64,000 nucleotides of DNA from an uncultured Pseudodesulfovibrio sp. (lineage in GTDB: Bacteria; Desulfobacterota; Desulfovibrionia; Desulfovibrionales; Desulfovibrionaceae): NCBI GenBank assembly GCA_963675635.1, contig OY776488.1, positions 411,740 through 475,739 on the forward strand. Direction: 5' to 3'. Of this stretch, positions 28,527-38,356 are shown piece after piece (position 1 is the stretch's first letter; each line of letters starts with the position of its first letter). The notes under the pieces were generated by a model. It saw only the letters and a list, made by a program, of their open reading frames with translations. It was not told where the DNA came from and did not search any database. The position numbers were made by a program, and so were the translations under genes.

Positions 28527-29939
28527 GTGAGTATAGAATACAGAATTGAACATGACAGTCTCGGTGAAGTTGAAGTGCCGAAAGATGCCTATTATGGTGT
28601 CCAGACCAAGCGTGCTCTTGATAATTTTCATATTTCCGGCATTACAATGTCCCACTATCCCAGATTGATCAACTCTCTTGCGTACGTCAAACTGGCGGCA
28701 GCGGAAGCCAATGCCTCTCTCGGCATGCTGGACGAGCAGAAAAGTCGGGCCATATCGCGTGCCTGCGAGGAAATACTGTCAGGCAGACTGCATGATCAGT
28801 TTGTGGTGGATGTCATGCAGGGTGGGGCCGGAACCTCGTCCAACATGAATGCCAACGAAGTTATTTGTAACCGGGCCTTGGAATTGATGGGATTTGAAAA
28901 AGGGAGCTATGATCAACTGCATCCCTTGAATGACGTGAACATGTCCCAGTCTACCAACGATGTGTATCCGTCCGCCTTGAGGATTGCGCTGATACTTGAG
29001 GTTCGTGAGTTAATGGATGCGCTGCAATACCTGAAGAAAGCCTTTGCTGCCAAAGGCAAAGAATTTACGGATGTGCTCAAGATGGGGCGCACCCAGTTGC
29101 AGGATGCAGTGCCCATGACTCTCGGGCAGGAGTTTTCCGCATGGGCGGTTATGGTCGGCGAAGATGTGCAGCGACTTGATGAAGCCCAGCATCTTGTGCA
29201 TGAAATCAATATGGGGGCCACGGCTATCGGCACGGGGCTCAACTCTCATCCCGATTACACACGCACTGTGACGGAAAAGCTCATTAAATCAACGACGTTG
29301 CAACTTGTTTCCTCGCCCGATCTTGTTGAGGCGACACAGGATACCGGGGCATATGTCCAGCTTTCCGGTGTGCTCAAGCGCGTGGCAGTCAAACTGTCCA
29401 AAATCTGTAATGATCTGCGTCTGCTCTCCAGCGGTCCTCGCTGTGGTCTCAATGAGATAAACCTGCCTCCCATGCAGCCCGGTTCTTCCATCATGCCGGG
29501 CAAAGTCAATCCGGTTATCCCCGAAGTCGTCAACCAGGTGGCCTTTGCAGTTGTCGGCAATGATGTAACCATTTCCATGGCCTCCGAAGCCGGACAGCTT
29601 GAATTGAATGTTATGGAACCCGTCATTGGCTATTCCCTGTTCCAGTCCATGAACATGTTGCAACGTGCCAGTCGGACTCTGGCCGACAAGTGTGTGTCCG
29701 GCATTACAGCCAATCGAGAACGATGCCGGGAACTTGTGGAGAATTCCATTGGTCTGGTCACGGCGTTGAATCCGTTTATCGGGTACGAGAAATCCGCCGA
29801 GATTGCCAAAGAAGCCATGAAGTCGGGACGATCGGTCTATGAGATCGTGCTGGAAAAAGGTTATCTGAGTCAGGAAGAGATAGACGATATCCTCAAACCG
29901 GAAAACATGGTTAAACCACGGTATTATACACGGTCTTAG
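28527..29939 (+). CDS. aspA: aspartate ammonia-lyase
   Basis: The signature GSSIMPGKVNPVIPE is the aspartase variant rather than the fumarase variant. 470 aa, GTG start with GGAG upstream. Confidence 0.9.
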   Translation: MSIEYRIEHDSLGEVEVPKDAYYGVQTKRALDNFHISGITMSHYPRLINSLAYVKLAAAEANASLGMLDEQKSRAISRACEEILSGRLHDQFVVDVMQGGAGTSSNMNANEVICNRALELMGFEKGSYDQLHPLNDVNMSQSTNDVYPSALRIALILEVRELMDALQYLKKAFAAKGKEFTDVLKMGRTQLQDAVPMTLGQEFSAWAVMVGEDVQRLDEAQHLVHEINMGATAIGTGLNSHPDYTRTVTEKLIKSTTLQLVSSPDLVEATQDTGAYVQLSGVLKRVAVKLSKICNDLRLLSSGPRCGLNEINLPPMQPGSSIMPGKVNPVIPEVVNQVAFAVVGNDVTISMASEAGQLELNVMEPVIGYSLFQSMNMLQRASRTLADKCVSGITANRERCRELVENSIGLVTALNPFIGYEKSAEIAKEAMKSGRSVYEIVLEKGYLSQEEIDDILKPENMVKPRYYTRS

Positions 29940-29956
29940 ACTGTGGTCACACCAAA

Positions 29957-29991
29957 CGGGGGTGGCCCTGAAGAGGCCATCCTCGTTTTTT
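29957..29991 (+). terminator. rho-independent terminator
   Basis: CGGGGGTGGCC-loop-GGCCATCCTCG stem (two G:U pairs) followed by TTTTTT. Confidence 0.75.
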
Positions 29992-30232
29992 ATGAGAGAT
30001 ACGGCCTGCTTCTTGGGTCGAAGATCCATTGTGTTGAACGAAACCCGTCCGGGGGCCTGTTCCATGCTTTGCGCATGATAACGCTGTATTAATCGAGCCT
30101 TTCCCTTTTGTTTGAAGTTGCTCTTTACCCGCTGAAATGAACCGTGGTTGCCTTTTCTGAGGACTTGCTCTACGTTTCTAGATAAAGTCCAGAGAGCATT
30201 TTTTCCTGGAGTCAGGCGTTTAGGAGGAGAGT

Positions 30233-30991
30233 ATGCGTCATCTCGTGTCCTTGCTCGCGCTGTTGGCCCTGCTGGTCATGGCCGGTTGTGGAACGATCAA
30301 TCCTTTTCCGAAGCATGTGTATTCCACTCCGCCTTCGGCAAAAGGTAGGGCTGTGCCATCCGGCTATGATCCCAAGACCAACCCGTATACAGTCATGGGC
30401 CGGACCTATTATCCTCTGAAGACAGCCCACGGATATGATGAAGTTGGTATGGCTTCCTGGTATGGCAAGGATTTTCACGGCAAGAAAACAGCCAATGGGT
30501 ATATATACAATATGTATGGTGTCACCGCAGCCCACAAGCTTCTGCCCTTGGGGACAGAGGTTCAGGTGACCAATCTTGAAAACAATCGAAGCATTGTTCT
30601 CGTCATCAATGATCGTGGTCCTTTCGTGCATGGACGAATACTTGATCTGTCCTACGGGGCGGCCAAAAAACTCGGCACTGTGGAACGAGGGGTCGCCAAA
30701 GTCAGGATTACGGCGGTAGGGACAGTGCCTGGTGCAAAGACTCAAGTGGCTGTTTCGTCAGCAAAACAGTATCATGTCCGGGTGGGAGCCTTCGCGGACA
30801 AGAGCAATGCGGAGCGGGTCCACCGTCGACTCGTGGACAATGGCTACGGAAATGCCAATATAAAAATGGTTTTTCGCAATGGACAGGTTCTGCATGTTGT
30901 TCAGGCCGGAAGTTTTTCAAGTCGAGATAGAGCTGAACAAGTGCTTGAACGTCTGAAAGATGATTTTCCTACCAGTTATATTATCAGTTAG
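30233..30991 (+). CDS. rlpA: septal ring lytic transglycosylase RlpA family lipoprotein (DPBB plus SPOR domains)
   Basis: Lipobox LLVMAGC, DPBB block ASWYGKDFHGKKTANG...AAHKLLPLGT...VINDRGPF, and a C-terminal SPOR-like domain. Confidence 0.92.
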   Translation: MRHLVSLLALLALLVMAGCGTINPFPKHVYSTPPSAKGRAVPSGYDPKTNPYTVMGRTYYPLKTAHGYDEVGMASWYGKDFHGKKTANGYIYNMYGVTAAHKLLPLGTEVQVTNLENNRSIVLVINDRGPFVHGRILDLSYGAAKKLGTVERGVAKVRITAVGTVPGAKTQVAVSSAKQYHVRVGAFADKSNAERVHRRLVDNGYGNANIKMVFRNGQVLHVVQAGSFSSRDRAEQVLERLKDDFPTSYIIS

Positions 30992-31151
30992 TCTGCGGTG
31001 TGTGTTGTATTGAGTAGTCGATATTATGGAAAAAGTTGCGCTATACGGTGCTTTTTGACTTCCCATAACCATTGCCAGCGTGTATAAACCGTCGAAATGA
31101 ACCGCGTGTCACTTGTTTAGACATCAAATAAACCACTTGTAGGAGTTTTTT

Positions 31152-31424
31152 ATGACCAAAGCTGAACTCGTAGCAAAGATTGCTGAAAAGAACGGCACTT
31201 CCAAAGCCCAGGCTGAATCTTCCATGAACGCCATTCTCGACATCATTCAGGACGAGCTGGCCGCTGGCAACAAGTTGACCCTGACCGGTTTCGGAACATT
31301 CAGCGTCAGCGAAAGAAAAGCCCGCACCGGCCGCAATCCCCGTACTGGCGCTGAAATCAAGATTCCCGCCACCAAAGTTGCCCAGTTCAAGCCCGGCAAA
31401 GTCCTCAAAGACGCCGTAAAATAG
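31152..31424 (+). CDS. hup: HU family DNA-binding protein
   Basis: MTKAELV...GFGTFSVSERKARTGRNPRTGAEIKIPA, 90 aa. Confidence 0.97.
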   Translation: MTKAELVAKIAEKNGTSKAQAESSMNAILDIIQDELAAGNKLTLTGFGTFSVSERKARTGRNPRTGAEIKIPATKVAQFKPGKVLKDAVK

Positions 31425-31443
31425 CTGCGAATAGAGGTATGTG

Positions 31444-31482
31444 AAAGCCCCTTCGGTCAGACCGGAGGGGCTTTTTTATTTT
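31444..31482 (+). terminator. rho-independent terminator
   Basis: AAAGCCCCT...AGGGGCTTT hairpin followed by a T-rich run. Confidence 0.85.
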
Positions 31483-31583
31483 GAGCTATGGTATAAAGAT
31501 GGTGAAGTCTCGTAGTTCCGGTAACCCTTTTTCATAATTGAGTCTGTGAAGTCGCTGGGTGACTTCATACAGGAAGGCAATCA

Positions 31584-31937
31584 ATGAACGAAAAGAATAT
31601 TCCGTTTCAAACTGTCGACTGGTCAACTGTTCCGAAGACAGAACACAAAGGTCATACAGGTGTCGCCTATTGGCAGACGCTGCAATTTGCTGGATTGCGT
31701 GTCAGGGTTGTTGAATATACTCCTGGGTATGTCGCTGACCACTGGTGTGAAAAGGGGCATATTGTGTATTGTCTTGAGGGAGAAGTGACTAATGAACGCC
31801 AGGGTGCTTCGGATTCTGTCCTGACTCCGGGCATGTCCTACATTGTTTCGGATGACTTGAGTTCACACAGGTCTGTGACAGAAAAGGGCGTGAAACTTTT
31901 GATTATCGATGGGGATTTTTTGCAGTTGAATCCTTGA
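31584..31937 (+). CDS. cupin domain protein
   Basis: 117 aa with a beta-barrel-like pattern: DHWCEKGHIVYCLEGE ... SYIVSDD..SHR. Confidence 0.65.
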   Translation: MNEKNIPFQTVDWSTVPKTEHKGHTGVAYWQTLQFAGLRVRVVEYTPGYVADHWCEKGHIVYCLEGEVTNERQGASDSVLTPGMSYIVSDDLSSHRSVTEKGVKLLIIDGDFLQLNP

Positions 31938-31972
31938 GTCGAATAGAAAACCACTGGTTCGTGAATGTAAAA

Positions 31973-32006
31973 AGGGATTTCAGAGAGCTTTCTGAAGTCC
32001 CTTTTG
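31973..32006 (+). terminator. rho-independent terminator
   Basis: AGGGATTTCAGA-gagctt-TCTGAAGTCCCT hairpin followed by TTTT. Confidence 0.75.
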
Positions 32007-32025
32007 TGGTTCATTGGTAGTTTCT

Positions 32026-32065
32026 ATAAAAAAATGGTTCCCCGACCAAATCTGGTCGGGGAACC
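32026..32065 (-). terminator. rho-independent terminator of the lactate/pyruvate operon
   Basis: GGTTCCCCGACCA-loop-TGGTCGGGGAACC 13-bp stem followed by T7 on the minus strand. Confidence 0.9.
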
Positions 32066-32164
32066 TACATAGAGGCCGGATCATTGGGGGGAAGCGGGGT
32101 AGTGAGCTTCTATGGATTGCGGTCCTTACCTTCTGAGAGCCTCATGTAATATTGGTTGCACGGA

Positions 32165-34315
32165 TTATTTCTTGTTTTCGGCCAGCACTTCGGACACGTG
32201 CTTGACCTTGATCTTGGATCCGCGAGTTTTCAAACCGCCACGCAGTTGCATGATGCAGCCGGGGCAGTCGGTCAGCAGGGTTGTTGCTCCGGTTGCTTCC
32301 ACATTGGTGAGCTTCTTGTTGAGCAGCTCGGCAGAGAGCTCCGGGAATTTCATGGAGAAAGTGCCGCCGAATCCGCAGCAGACTTCTTCCTCGGTACATT
32401 CCACATATTCCATGCCGCCCTTTTCGATGAGCTGGCGGGGAGCCTCATGGACGTCCAGACCACGACAAAGGTGGCAGGGCGCGTGGTAGGTAGCCTTTTC
32501 ATTGCTTTCCTTGAAATCGGATTTCTTCACTTTGAGAACATCATTCACGAAGGAAGAGTAATCGATGATCTTGTCGGCAAAGGCGTCTGCCCTATATTTC
32601 AGAGCAGGTCTGTCCATAACCAGTTTCGGGTAGTTGTGCTTGAGGTGGGCCGCACAGGAGGCGCACAGTGTGATGATATAATCATAAGCCTCAGGCTCGA
32701 ATGCGCGCAGGTTCTGCTTGGCGACGTCACGAGATGCCTCCATCTCGCCCATCATCTGCACCGGCAGACCACAACAGGATTGTTCCATGGGGTATTCCAT
32801 GGTCACGTTGTTGGCTGCAAAGAGTTCGACGGCAGCCTGCATTTGTTCGGGATAGACAAAGTCCTGCACACAGCCTGAGAACAGGGCGACCCTGAGTTTG
32901 GGCTTTTCCACTACGGGGCGGTTTTCCTTCCACCAATCGCGGAAAGGCTTATCTGCAATGGTCGGCAGGGCGCGGAAGCTGTGTTCCTTGGAGAAGATCA
33001 TGGGCAGATGGCGGATGAATCCGTCTTTTTCAGCCACGGGCTTCTGGCCCCATTTGGCAGTGCGGAGCAAGGTGTGGAAGAGTTTGCGGTTTCTGAGAAC
33101 CTTGCTCAGCAGGATGCTTGGCAGCGGGTGTCCGTCTTCGTCTTGAATACGGGCATGGATTTCTTTGATAAGTCTGGGCAGGTCAATGCCACCAGCGCAG
33201 ACATCCTTGCACGCTTCACAGTTGATACAGTTCTGAACAAGGTTCTTGGCCTTGTCTTTACCATGGAAGAAGTATGTCAGGATCAGGCCGATGGCGCCGA
33301 TGTAGATGTGGCCCATCTTGTGACCGCCTACCAGTCGATAGACCGGGCAAACATTGGCACAGGCTCCACAGCGGACGCAGCGATTGACCTGGGAGAACAG
33401 CGGGTCCTTGAGCAATTCGGAACGGCCATTGTCCAGCACAACATAGTGAATTTCTTTCTTGCCGTCTTCGGCAGAAAGGCATTCGTTGGCGCCGGTAATC
33501 CAGGTTACATACGATGTGATCTGCTGGCCCGTGGCATTCCTCGGCAGGACTTTCAGGATGCGCAGAGCGTCGTGCAGGGAAGGCAGCAGTTTATCGATTC
33601 CCATGAGGGCCACGTGCACGCGGGGAAGAGTAGATACCAGACGGGCGTTACCCTCGTTGGTAACCAGTCCTATACCGCCTGTTTCAGCTACGGCAAAGTT
33701 TGCGCCGGTAATGCCCATGTCCGCTTCGACGTATTTCTGTCGAAGTTCGCGACGGGCAACCTTGACCAGCTTTTCGATCTCTGCATCCTGATGCTTGCCT
33801 GTGACTTCGGTGAAGAGGTCACCAACCTGATAACGGGACAGGTGGATGGCGGGCATGACCATGTGGGACGGTCCCTCGTGGCGCAACTGAATGATCCATT
33901 CGCCCAGGTCGGTCTCGGTGACCTCAAGTCCTGCGTCTTCCAGATCATGGTTGAGCAGGGTTTCCTCGGCGGTCATGGATTTGGATTTGACTATTTTTTT
34001 GCAGTCGGTGTCCTTGGCAATCTGGGCGATGATCTGGTTCGCTTCATCGCCGGTTTTTGCATAGTGGACGTGGATACCTGCGGCCTCGGCATTCTCCTTG
34101 AATTCCTTGTATAGGGCTTCAAAGTTTTCTCCGGCAACGTCCTTGGAGTGGGCAATGTTGTTGATTAGGCCGCGCACGTCCATATCTTTGAAGGCGTTGG
34201 CGCGTCCTGCCTTATAGGCCACGGCAAAATTATCAAGAGTCGTCCGCAGGAATTCGTTGTCCAGGGACTCCTGCATTTCCTTACGGTATTCTTTCAGGTC
34301 TTTGGCATTCTGCAT
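32165..34315 (-). CDS. L-lactate dehydrogenase iron-sulfur subunit, LutB/LldF-like domain fused to a LutA/LldE-like CCG domain
   Basis: N-terminal DUF162/LutB part, 2x[4Fe-4S] motifs (CVRCGACANVCP, CINCEACKDVC), and C-terminal Cys-rich CCG repeats (CCG..., PGC). 716 aa. Confidence 0.88.
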   Translation of the reverse strand: MQNAKDLKEYRKEMQESLDNEFLRTTLDNFAVAYKAGRANAFKDMDVRGLINNIAHSKDVAGENFEALYKEFKENAEAAGIHVHYAKTGDEANQIIAQIAKDTDCKKIVKSKSMTAEETLLNHDLEDAGLEVTETDLGEWIIQLRHEGPSHMVMPAIHLSRYQVGDLFTEVTGKHQDAEIEKLVKVARRELRQKYVEADMGITGANFAVAETGGIGLVTNEGNARLVSTLPRVHVALMGIDKLLPSLHDALRILKVLPRNATGQQITSYVTWITGANECLSAEDGKKEIHYVVLDNGRSELLKDPLFSQVNRCVRCGACANVCPVYRLVGGHKMGHIYIGAIGLILTYFFHGKDKAKNLVQNCINCEACKDVCAGGIDLPRLIKEIHARIQDEDGHPLPSILLSKVLRNRKLFHTLLRTAKWGQKPVAEKDGFIRHLPMIFSKEHSFRALPTIADKPFRDWWKENRPVVEKPKLRVALFSGCVQDFVYPEQMQAAVELFAANNVTMEYPMEQSCCGLPVQMMGEMEASRDVAKQNLRAFEPEAYDYIITLCASCAAHLKHNYPKLVMDRPALKYRADAFADKIIDYSSFVNDVLKVKKSDFKESNEKATYHAPCHLCRGLDVHEAPRQLIEKGGMEYVECTEEEVCCGFGGTFSMKFPELSAELLNKKLTNVEATGATTLLTDCPGCIMQLRGGLKTRGSKIKVKHVSEVLAENKK

Positions 34316-34944
34316 TATTGATCCTCCAGAATAAGGATATGGAGTTCAAGGGGGCCGTGCACGCCAAGGGCAAGCACTCGTTCGATATCAGCTGTGCGGC
34401 TGGCGCCAGTGATGAAGGCCAAGTAATCCGGCGTTTTCTTCATACGGGTAAGCATCATCTTTTCCACACCGTAGGTGTTGGCCCGAATCTTGGATTTGGG
34501 CAACACACAGACATGGTATTCGCTGACCATGGTCGCAAGACGGAGCTCTTCGCTCGGACAGTCGAGCATCAGCGTTCCGGTGTCGGCAATGCCATACTCG
34601 GCAATGGTGAATCCGATATCCACACCGGCCAGATTGTCGCGCAAGCCGGAATCAATACAATCAAATCCGGCCTTTTGAGATTGGGCTGCCAGCGTTTTGT
34701 ATAAATCGCTTTTCAGCCCCGGTGCAGCGATAATTTTTTTCTGCTTTGTGTCACACAGGGCTTCGGCTTTTTCAGAAAGATCGGCTTCACAGCCGCTGAC
34801 CAGAAGCTGACAGGCTTCTTTTTTGTCGCATAGGTTTATGACGTAATCGACGGCTTCTTTTTCGCTGCCGATAGTTGTCACGAAGGCGGAGACGAGTTCC
34901 GCTTTTTCCACAAACTGCTGATACAATGCTTCATTGGAAGACAT
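34315..34944 (-). CDS. lutC: LutC/LldG family lactate utilization protein (DUF162)
   Basis: About 209 aa in the operon position upstream of the LutB-like gene. GGAGGTGG RBS at the ATG at 34944. TAATG overlap with the downstream gene. Confidence 0.8.
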   Translation of the reverse strand: MSSNEALYQQFVEKAELVSAFVTTIGSEKEAVDYVINLCDKKEACQLLVSGCEADLSEKAEALCDTKQKKIIAAPGLKSDLYKTLAAQSQKAGFDCIDSGLRDNLAGVDIGFTIAEYGIADTGTLMLDCPSEELRLATMVSEYHVCVLPKSKIRANTYGVEKMMLTRMKKTPDYLAFITGASRTADIERVLALGVHGPLELHILILEDQ

Positions 34945-35006
34945 GGCATCCACCTCCAGATGTATTCGACCAAGGGCCAATGGCTCCCGCAACAGGTCGT
35001 TACTGA

Positions 35007-36209
35007 TTAATTAACAAAATTCTTTGTTTCGCGTGCAATGGCCAGCTCTTCATTGGTAGGGATGACCCATACTTGAACAGCGCTATCGTCGGTACTGATT
35101 TTCAGTGGTTCGGAAGCCCTCTGCGCGTTGATTTCCTGATCGATTCTTACGCCGAAGCATTCCAGCCCTTTTACGGATTCACGACGAACTATGTGGTCAT
35201 TTTCACCAATGCCGGCTGTGAAAATGATGGCATCGACGTGACCGAGAACAGCCATGTAGCTGCCGATGTACTTACGGTTTCTGTATGTTTGGACACCAAG
35301 GGCGAGTTTGGCTTTTTCATCGCCGTTTTCGATGGCCTCGTGGATGTCGCGCATGTCATTCATTCCGCACAGTCCTTTGAGACCTGACTCCTTGTTGAGC
35401 ATCCGGTCCACGTCTTCGGAGGTCATGTTTCGTGTTCGGGCCAGCAGCGCATGCAGCGCCGGGTCCACATCGCCGGAACGAGTGCCCATGACAAGACCTT
35501 CCAGGGGAGTGATGCCCATAGATGTATCAACGGCCTTGCCGTTCTTGGTGGCGGTCATGGAACAGCCGTTGCCAAGGTGTACGGTTATGCAGTTGAACTC
35601 CTCGAAAGGCTTGCCGATGACTCGAGCTGCTTCCTTGGCGACAAATCCGTGTGAGGTCCCGTGGAAACCATAACGACGGATACGTAATTCATCATACAAC
35701 TCAAAGGGAAGTGCGTACATGTATGCTTCGGGCGGCAGGGTCTGGTGATATGCCGTATCCATGACAACAACCTGGGGCACGTCGGCAAAGAGATGTCTGG
35801 CCACGCGGATACCGGCCAGGTGGCCGGGGTTATGCAACGGTGCCAGTGGGATGATTCTTTCCAGTTCTTCAACCACGGCATCGTCCACCAGAGTCGGCTC
35901 ATGCAGTTTTTCACCGCCGTGCACGATCCGGTGGCCGATTGCCGCGATTTCATTTCTGTCCTTAACGACACCATTTTCGCCACAGATAAGATCAATAGCG
36001 AGCGTCATACCAACTTCATGATCCAAAATCGGCTGTTCCAGCGCGATTTTTTCAGCAGCCTCGGTGTCGGGCGCTACCTTGTGCGTCAGGCTGCCCAACT
36101 CTTCTCCTATGCGTTCCACGAGGCCGGAACACAAGATGGATTCGTTGTTCATGTCGAGCAGCTGGTACTTGATGGACGAGCTGCCGGAGTTGATGACGAG
36201 TACTTTCAT
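35007..36209 (-). CDS. ackA: acetate kinase
   Basis: MKVLVINSGSSSIKYQL start, HRIVHGG, GFHGTSH. 400 aa. Confidence 0.97.
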   Translation of the reverse strand: MKVLVINSGSSSIKYQLLDMNNESILCSGLVERIGEELGSLTHKVAPDTEAAEKIALEQPILDHEVGMTLAIDLICGENGVVKDRNEIAAIGHRIVHGGEKLHEPTLVDDAVVEELERIIPLAPLHNPGHLAGIRVARHLFADVPQVVVMDTAYHQTLPPEAYMYALPFELYDELRIRRYGFHGTSHGFVAKEAARVIGKPFEEFNCITVHLGNGCSMTATKNGKAVDTSMGITPLEGLVMGTRSGDVDPALHALLARTRNMTSEDVDRMLNKESGLKGLCGMNDMRDIHEAIENGDEKAKLALGVQTYRNRKYIGSYMAVLGHVDAIIFTAGIGENDHIVRRESVKGLECFGVRIDQEINAQRASEPLKISTDDSAVQVWVIPTNEELAIARETKNFVN

Positions 36210-38324
36210 TTATTCACCTTTTTCAGCTTGAGCCTGGATGGCTGTGATAGCAACGGTATTCACGACGTCCGGCACGGTACAGCCGCGGGACAGGTCATTG
36301 ACCGGCTTGTTCAATCCCTGAAGAATGGGGCCGATGGCAACGGCATTGGCGGCGCGTTGTACTGCCTTGTATGTGTTATTGCCGGTGTTGAGGTCCGGGA
36401 AGACAAACACGGTGGCCCGTCCGGCTACTTCGGAATTCGGCAGTTTGACTTTGGCGACTTCCGGGTCCACAGCGGCATCGTACTGGAGCGGTCCCTCGAT
36501 GGGGAAATCCAGTCCTCGACCTTCGATAAGTGTCTTGGCAATGCGTGTGGCCTCGGTGACCTTTTCCACGTCTTCACCCTTGCCTGAGGAACCTGTGGAA
36601 TAGCTCAGCATGGCAACTCTGGGTGTGACACCGAAAATCTTGGCGGTTTCGGCGGCACTGATGGCAATCTCTGCCAATTGACGTGCGTCGGGGTTCGGGT
36701 TGACGGCGCAGTCGCCGTACACCAGCACGCGGTCTTTGAGGCACATGAGGAATACTGAGGAAACAATGGAACTGCCCGGTTTGGTCTTTACGAACTCAAA
36801 GGCGGGACGGATTGTCTGGGCCGTTGTGGTCACGGAACCGGACACCATACCGTCTGCAAATCCCTTGTGAACCATCATGGTACCGAAATAGGTCGGGTCG
36901 GACATGCGGTCCCAAGCAACTTCGGCGATAACGCCCTTGTGTTTGCGCAGCTCGAGATATTCCTCGGCAAATGAGTCGAGCAGTTCGGATTCTGCGGGGT
37001 TGATGATCGTAGCGCCGGAGATGTCCACGCCGAACTTGGATGCCTTGTCGCGGATTTCATCTTCACGGCCGAGCAGGATGATTTCGGCAACACCGCGCCT
37101 GAGCAGGATGTCTGCTGCACGCAGGATGCGTTCGCCGGTTCCTTCTGGCAGGACGATGCGCTGTTTGTTGCGGGACGCTTTGTCGAACAGGGAATATTCG
37201 AACATTTTCGGTGTCACGCGAGTAGAGCGTTTTTCAACCAGCCGATCGCGAAGTTCAGAGACATTCACATATTGGGCAAAGCCGCCGAGCGCCGTGGCGA
37301 TGCGTTGGTCGTCGTTGGCTTCAATGCGGCCATACAGTCGATTCAGCTCCTGGACGTTCTGGTAGGTGTGTCCTTTGACTGAGAGCACGGGCACTGGAAC
37401 GCCGGTCCAGCCTTCGATGAGTTTGTGGACGCTGGCGGAAACGTCCAGACCGCCTGTCAGGACGATACCCGATATGTCAGGATACGCACTGGAGAGCCGG
37501 GAAGCGAGGCTCGACAGAATAATGTCGGAACGGTCGCCTGGCGTGATGATCAGGCTGCCCTGCTTGATGTATTGCAGGAAATTGCCAATCTGCATGGCAG
37601 CGATGACATAGTTGTCCACCAGAGTCTGCATGCCGCTGTGTCCGTAGAGAATGTCGGCATCAAGCCAGCGTTTGACATCGCCGACTGTTGGTTTGCCCAG
37701 AGCTTCGTTTTCCGGGATGACATACAGCGGCATGTGTTCGCCGTTGCGGTCACATTCAATGGTGCCGCACAGCTCATCGGTCATGCCTTCAGGCGCACGG
37801 TTGACAACGCAGGCAATGAAGTCCACGCCCTTTTCAGACAAGGTGTCCAGGGTAGACTGGGTGATGTTCGCCACTTCAACCGGGGTTTTGTCACGCCCCG
37901 AAGTGATGACGAGCATGGGTGCGCCTATGTTGGCTGCGATATCGGCATTGAGATCAAACTCGAAGGCCGGGTCTTTGCCCTTGAAGTCGGTGCCTTCACA
38001 AAGAACGAAGTCATATTCTTCTTCAAGGGATTTGTATTTGTTCAGGATATTCTCAAGCACAAGCGCGTGCTGACCGGAGTTGATCAGCTCACGCGCTTGC
38101 TTGAGAGTATACGCGTAGGTGTCGCGATAAGGGATGGACAGTTTGAAGTGATCGATCATCAAGGCGATGTCGTGGTCCTTGTTCCCCTCACCCGGGTCAT
38201 TGATAATGGGGCGGAAGATGGCAACGTTGTGCAGTTCTCTGAGGAGCATTTGCATAACGCCCAGGACTACAGCTGATTTACCACTTCTTTCTTCCGTCGC
38301 GCTCACATACAGGTTTTTGGACAT
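36210..38324 (-). CDS. pta: phosphate acetyltransferase (long form: AAA-like/DRTGG domains plus PTA_PTB)
   Basis: 704 aa, with the C-terminal PTA domain (SGSVTTTAQTIRPA..., LQGLNKPVNDLSRG). It abuts ackA. Confidence 0.95.
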   Translation of the reverse strand: MSKNLYVSATEERSGKSAVVLGVMQMLLRELHNVAIFRPIINDPGEGNKDHDIALMIDHFKLSIPYRDTYAYTLKQARELINSGQHALVLENILNKYKSLEEEYDFVLCEGTDFKGKDPAFEFDLNADIAANIGAPMLVITSGRDKTPVEVANITQSTLDTLSEKGVDFIACVVNRAPEGMTDELCGTIECDRNGEHMPLYVIPENEALGKPTVGDVKRWLDADILYGHSGMQTLVDNYVIAAMQIGNFLQYIKQGSLIITPGDRSDIILSSLASRLSSAYPDISGIVLTGGLDVSASVHKLIEGWTGVPVPVLSVKGHTYQNVQELNRLYGRIEANDDQRIATALGGFAQYVNVSELRDRLVEKRSTRVTPKMFEYSLFDKASRNKQRIVLPEGTGERILRAADILLRRGVAEIILLGREDEIRDKASKFGVDISGATIINPAESELLDSFAEEYLELRKHKGVIAEVAWDRMSDPTYFGTMMVHKGFADGMVSGSVTTTAQTIRPAFEFVKTKPGSSIVSSVFLMCLKDRVLVYGDCAVNPNPDARQLAEIAISAAETAKIFGVTPRVAMLSYSTGSSGKGEDVEKVTEATRIAKTLIEGRGLDFPIEGPLQYDAAVDPEVAKVKLPNSEVAGRATVFVFPDLNTGNNTYKAVQRAANAVAIGPILQGLNKPVNDLSRGCTVPDVVNTVAITAIQAQAEKGE

Positions 38325-38356
38325 TGATTGGTTCCTTGTTACCTATCCGTTGGTTA

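Noticed and set aside
30134-31104. Identical 11-mer GAAATGAACCG in the rlpA leader (30134-30144) and the hup leader (31094-31104), with partial flanking similarity
   Set aside because: By my rough estimate, several identical 11-mers are expected by chance among the ~6 kb of intergenic DNA here (both strands). Without conservation data this is not enough to call a shared operator.
32156-34114. 240-aa and 377-aa plus-strand ORFs opposite the LutB::LutA gene; similar cases at 37425-38276, 41704-42624, 35745-36587, 24151-24936, 29289-30065, 12709-13467 and 10526-11296
   Set aside because: All are antisense to genes with strong family signatures and show the same biased composition. None has a convincing RBS.
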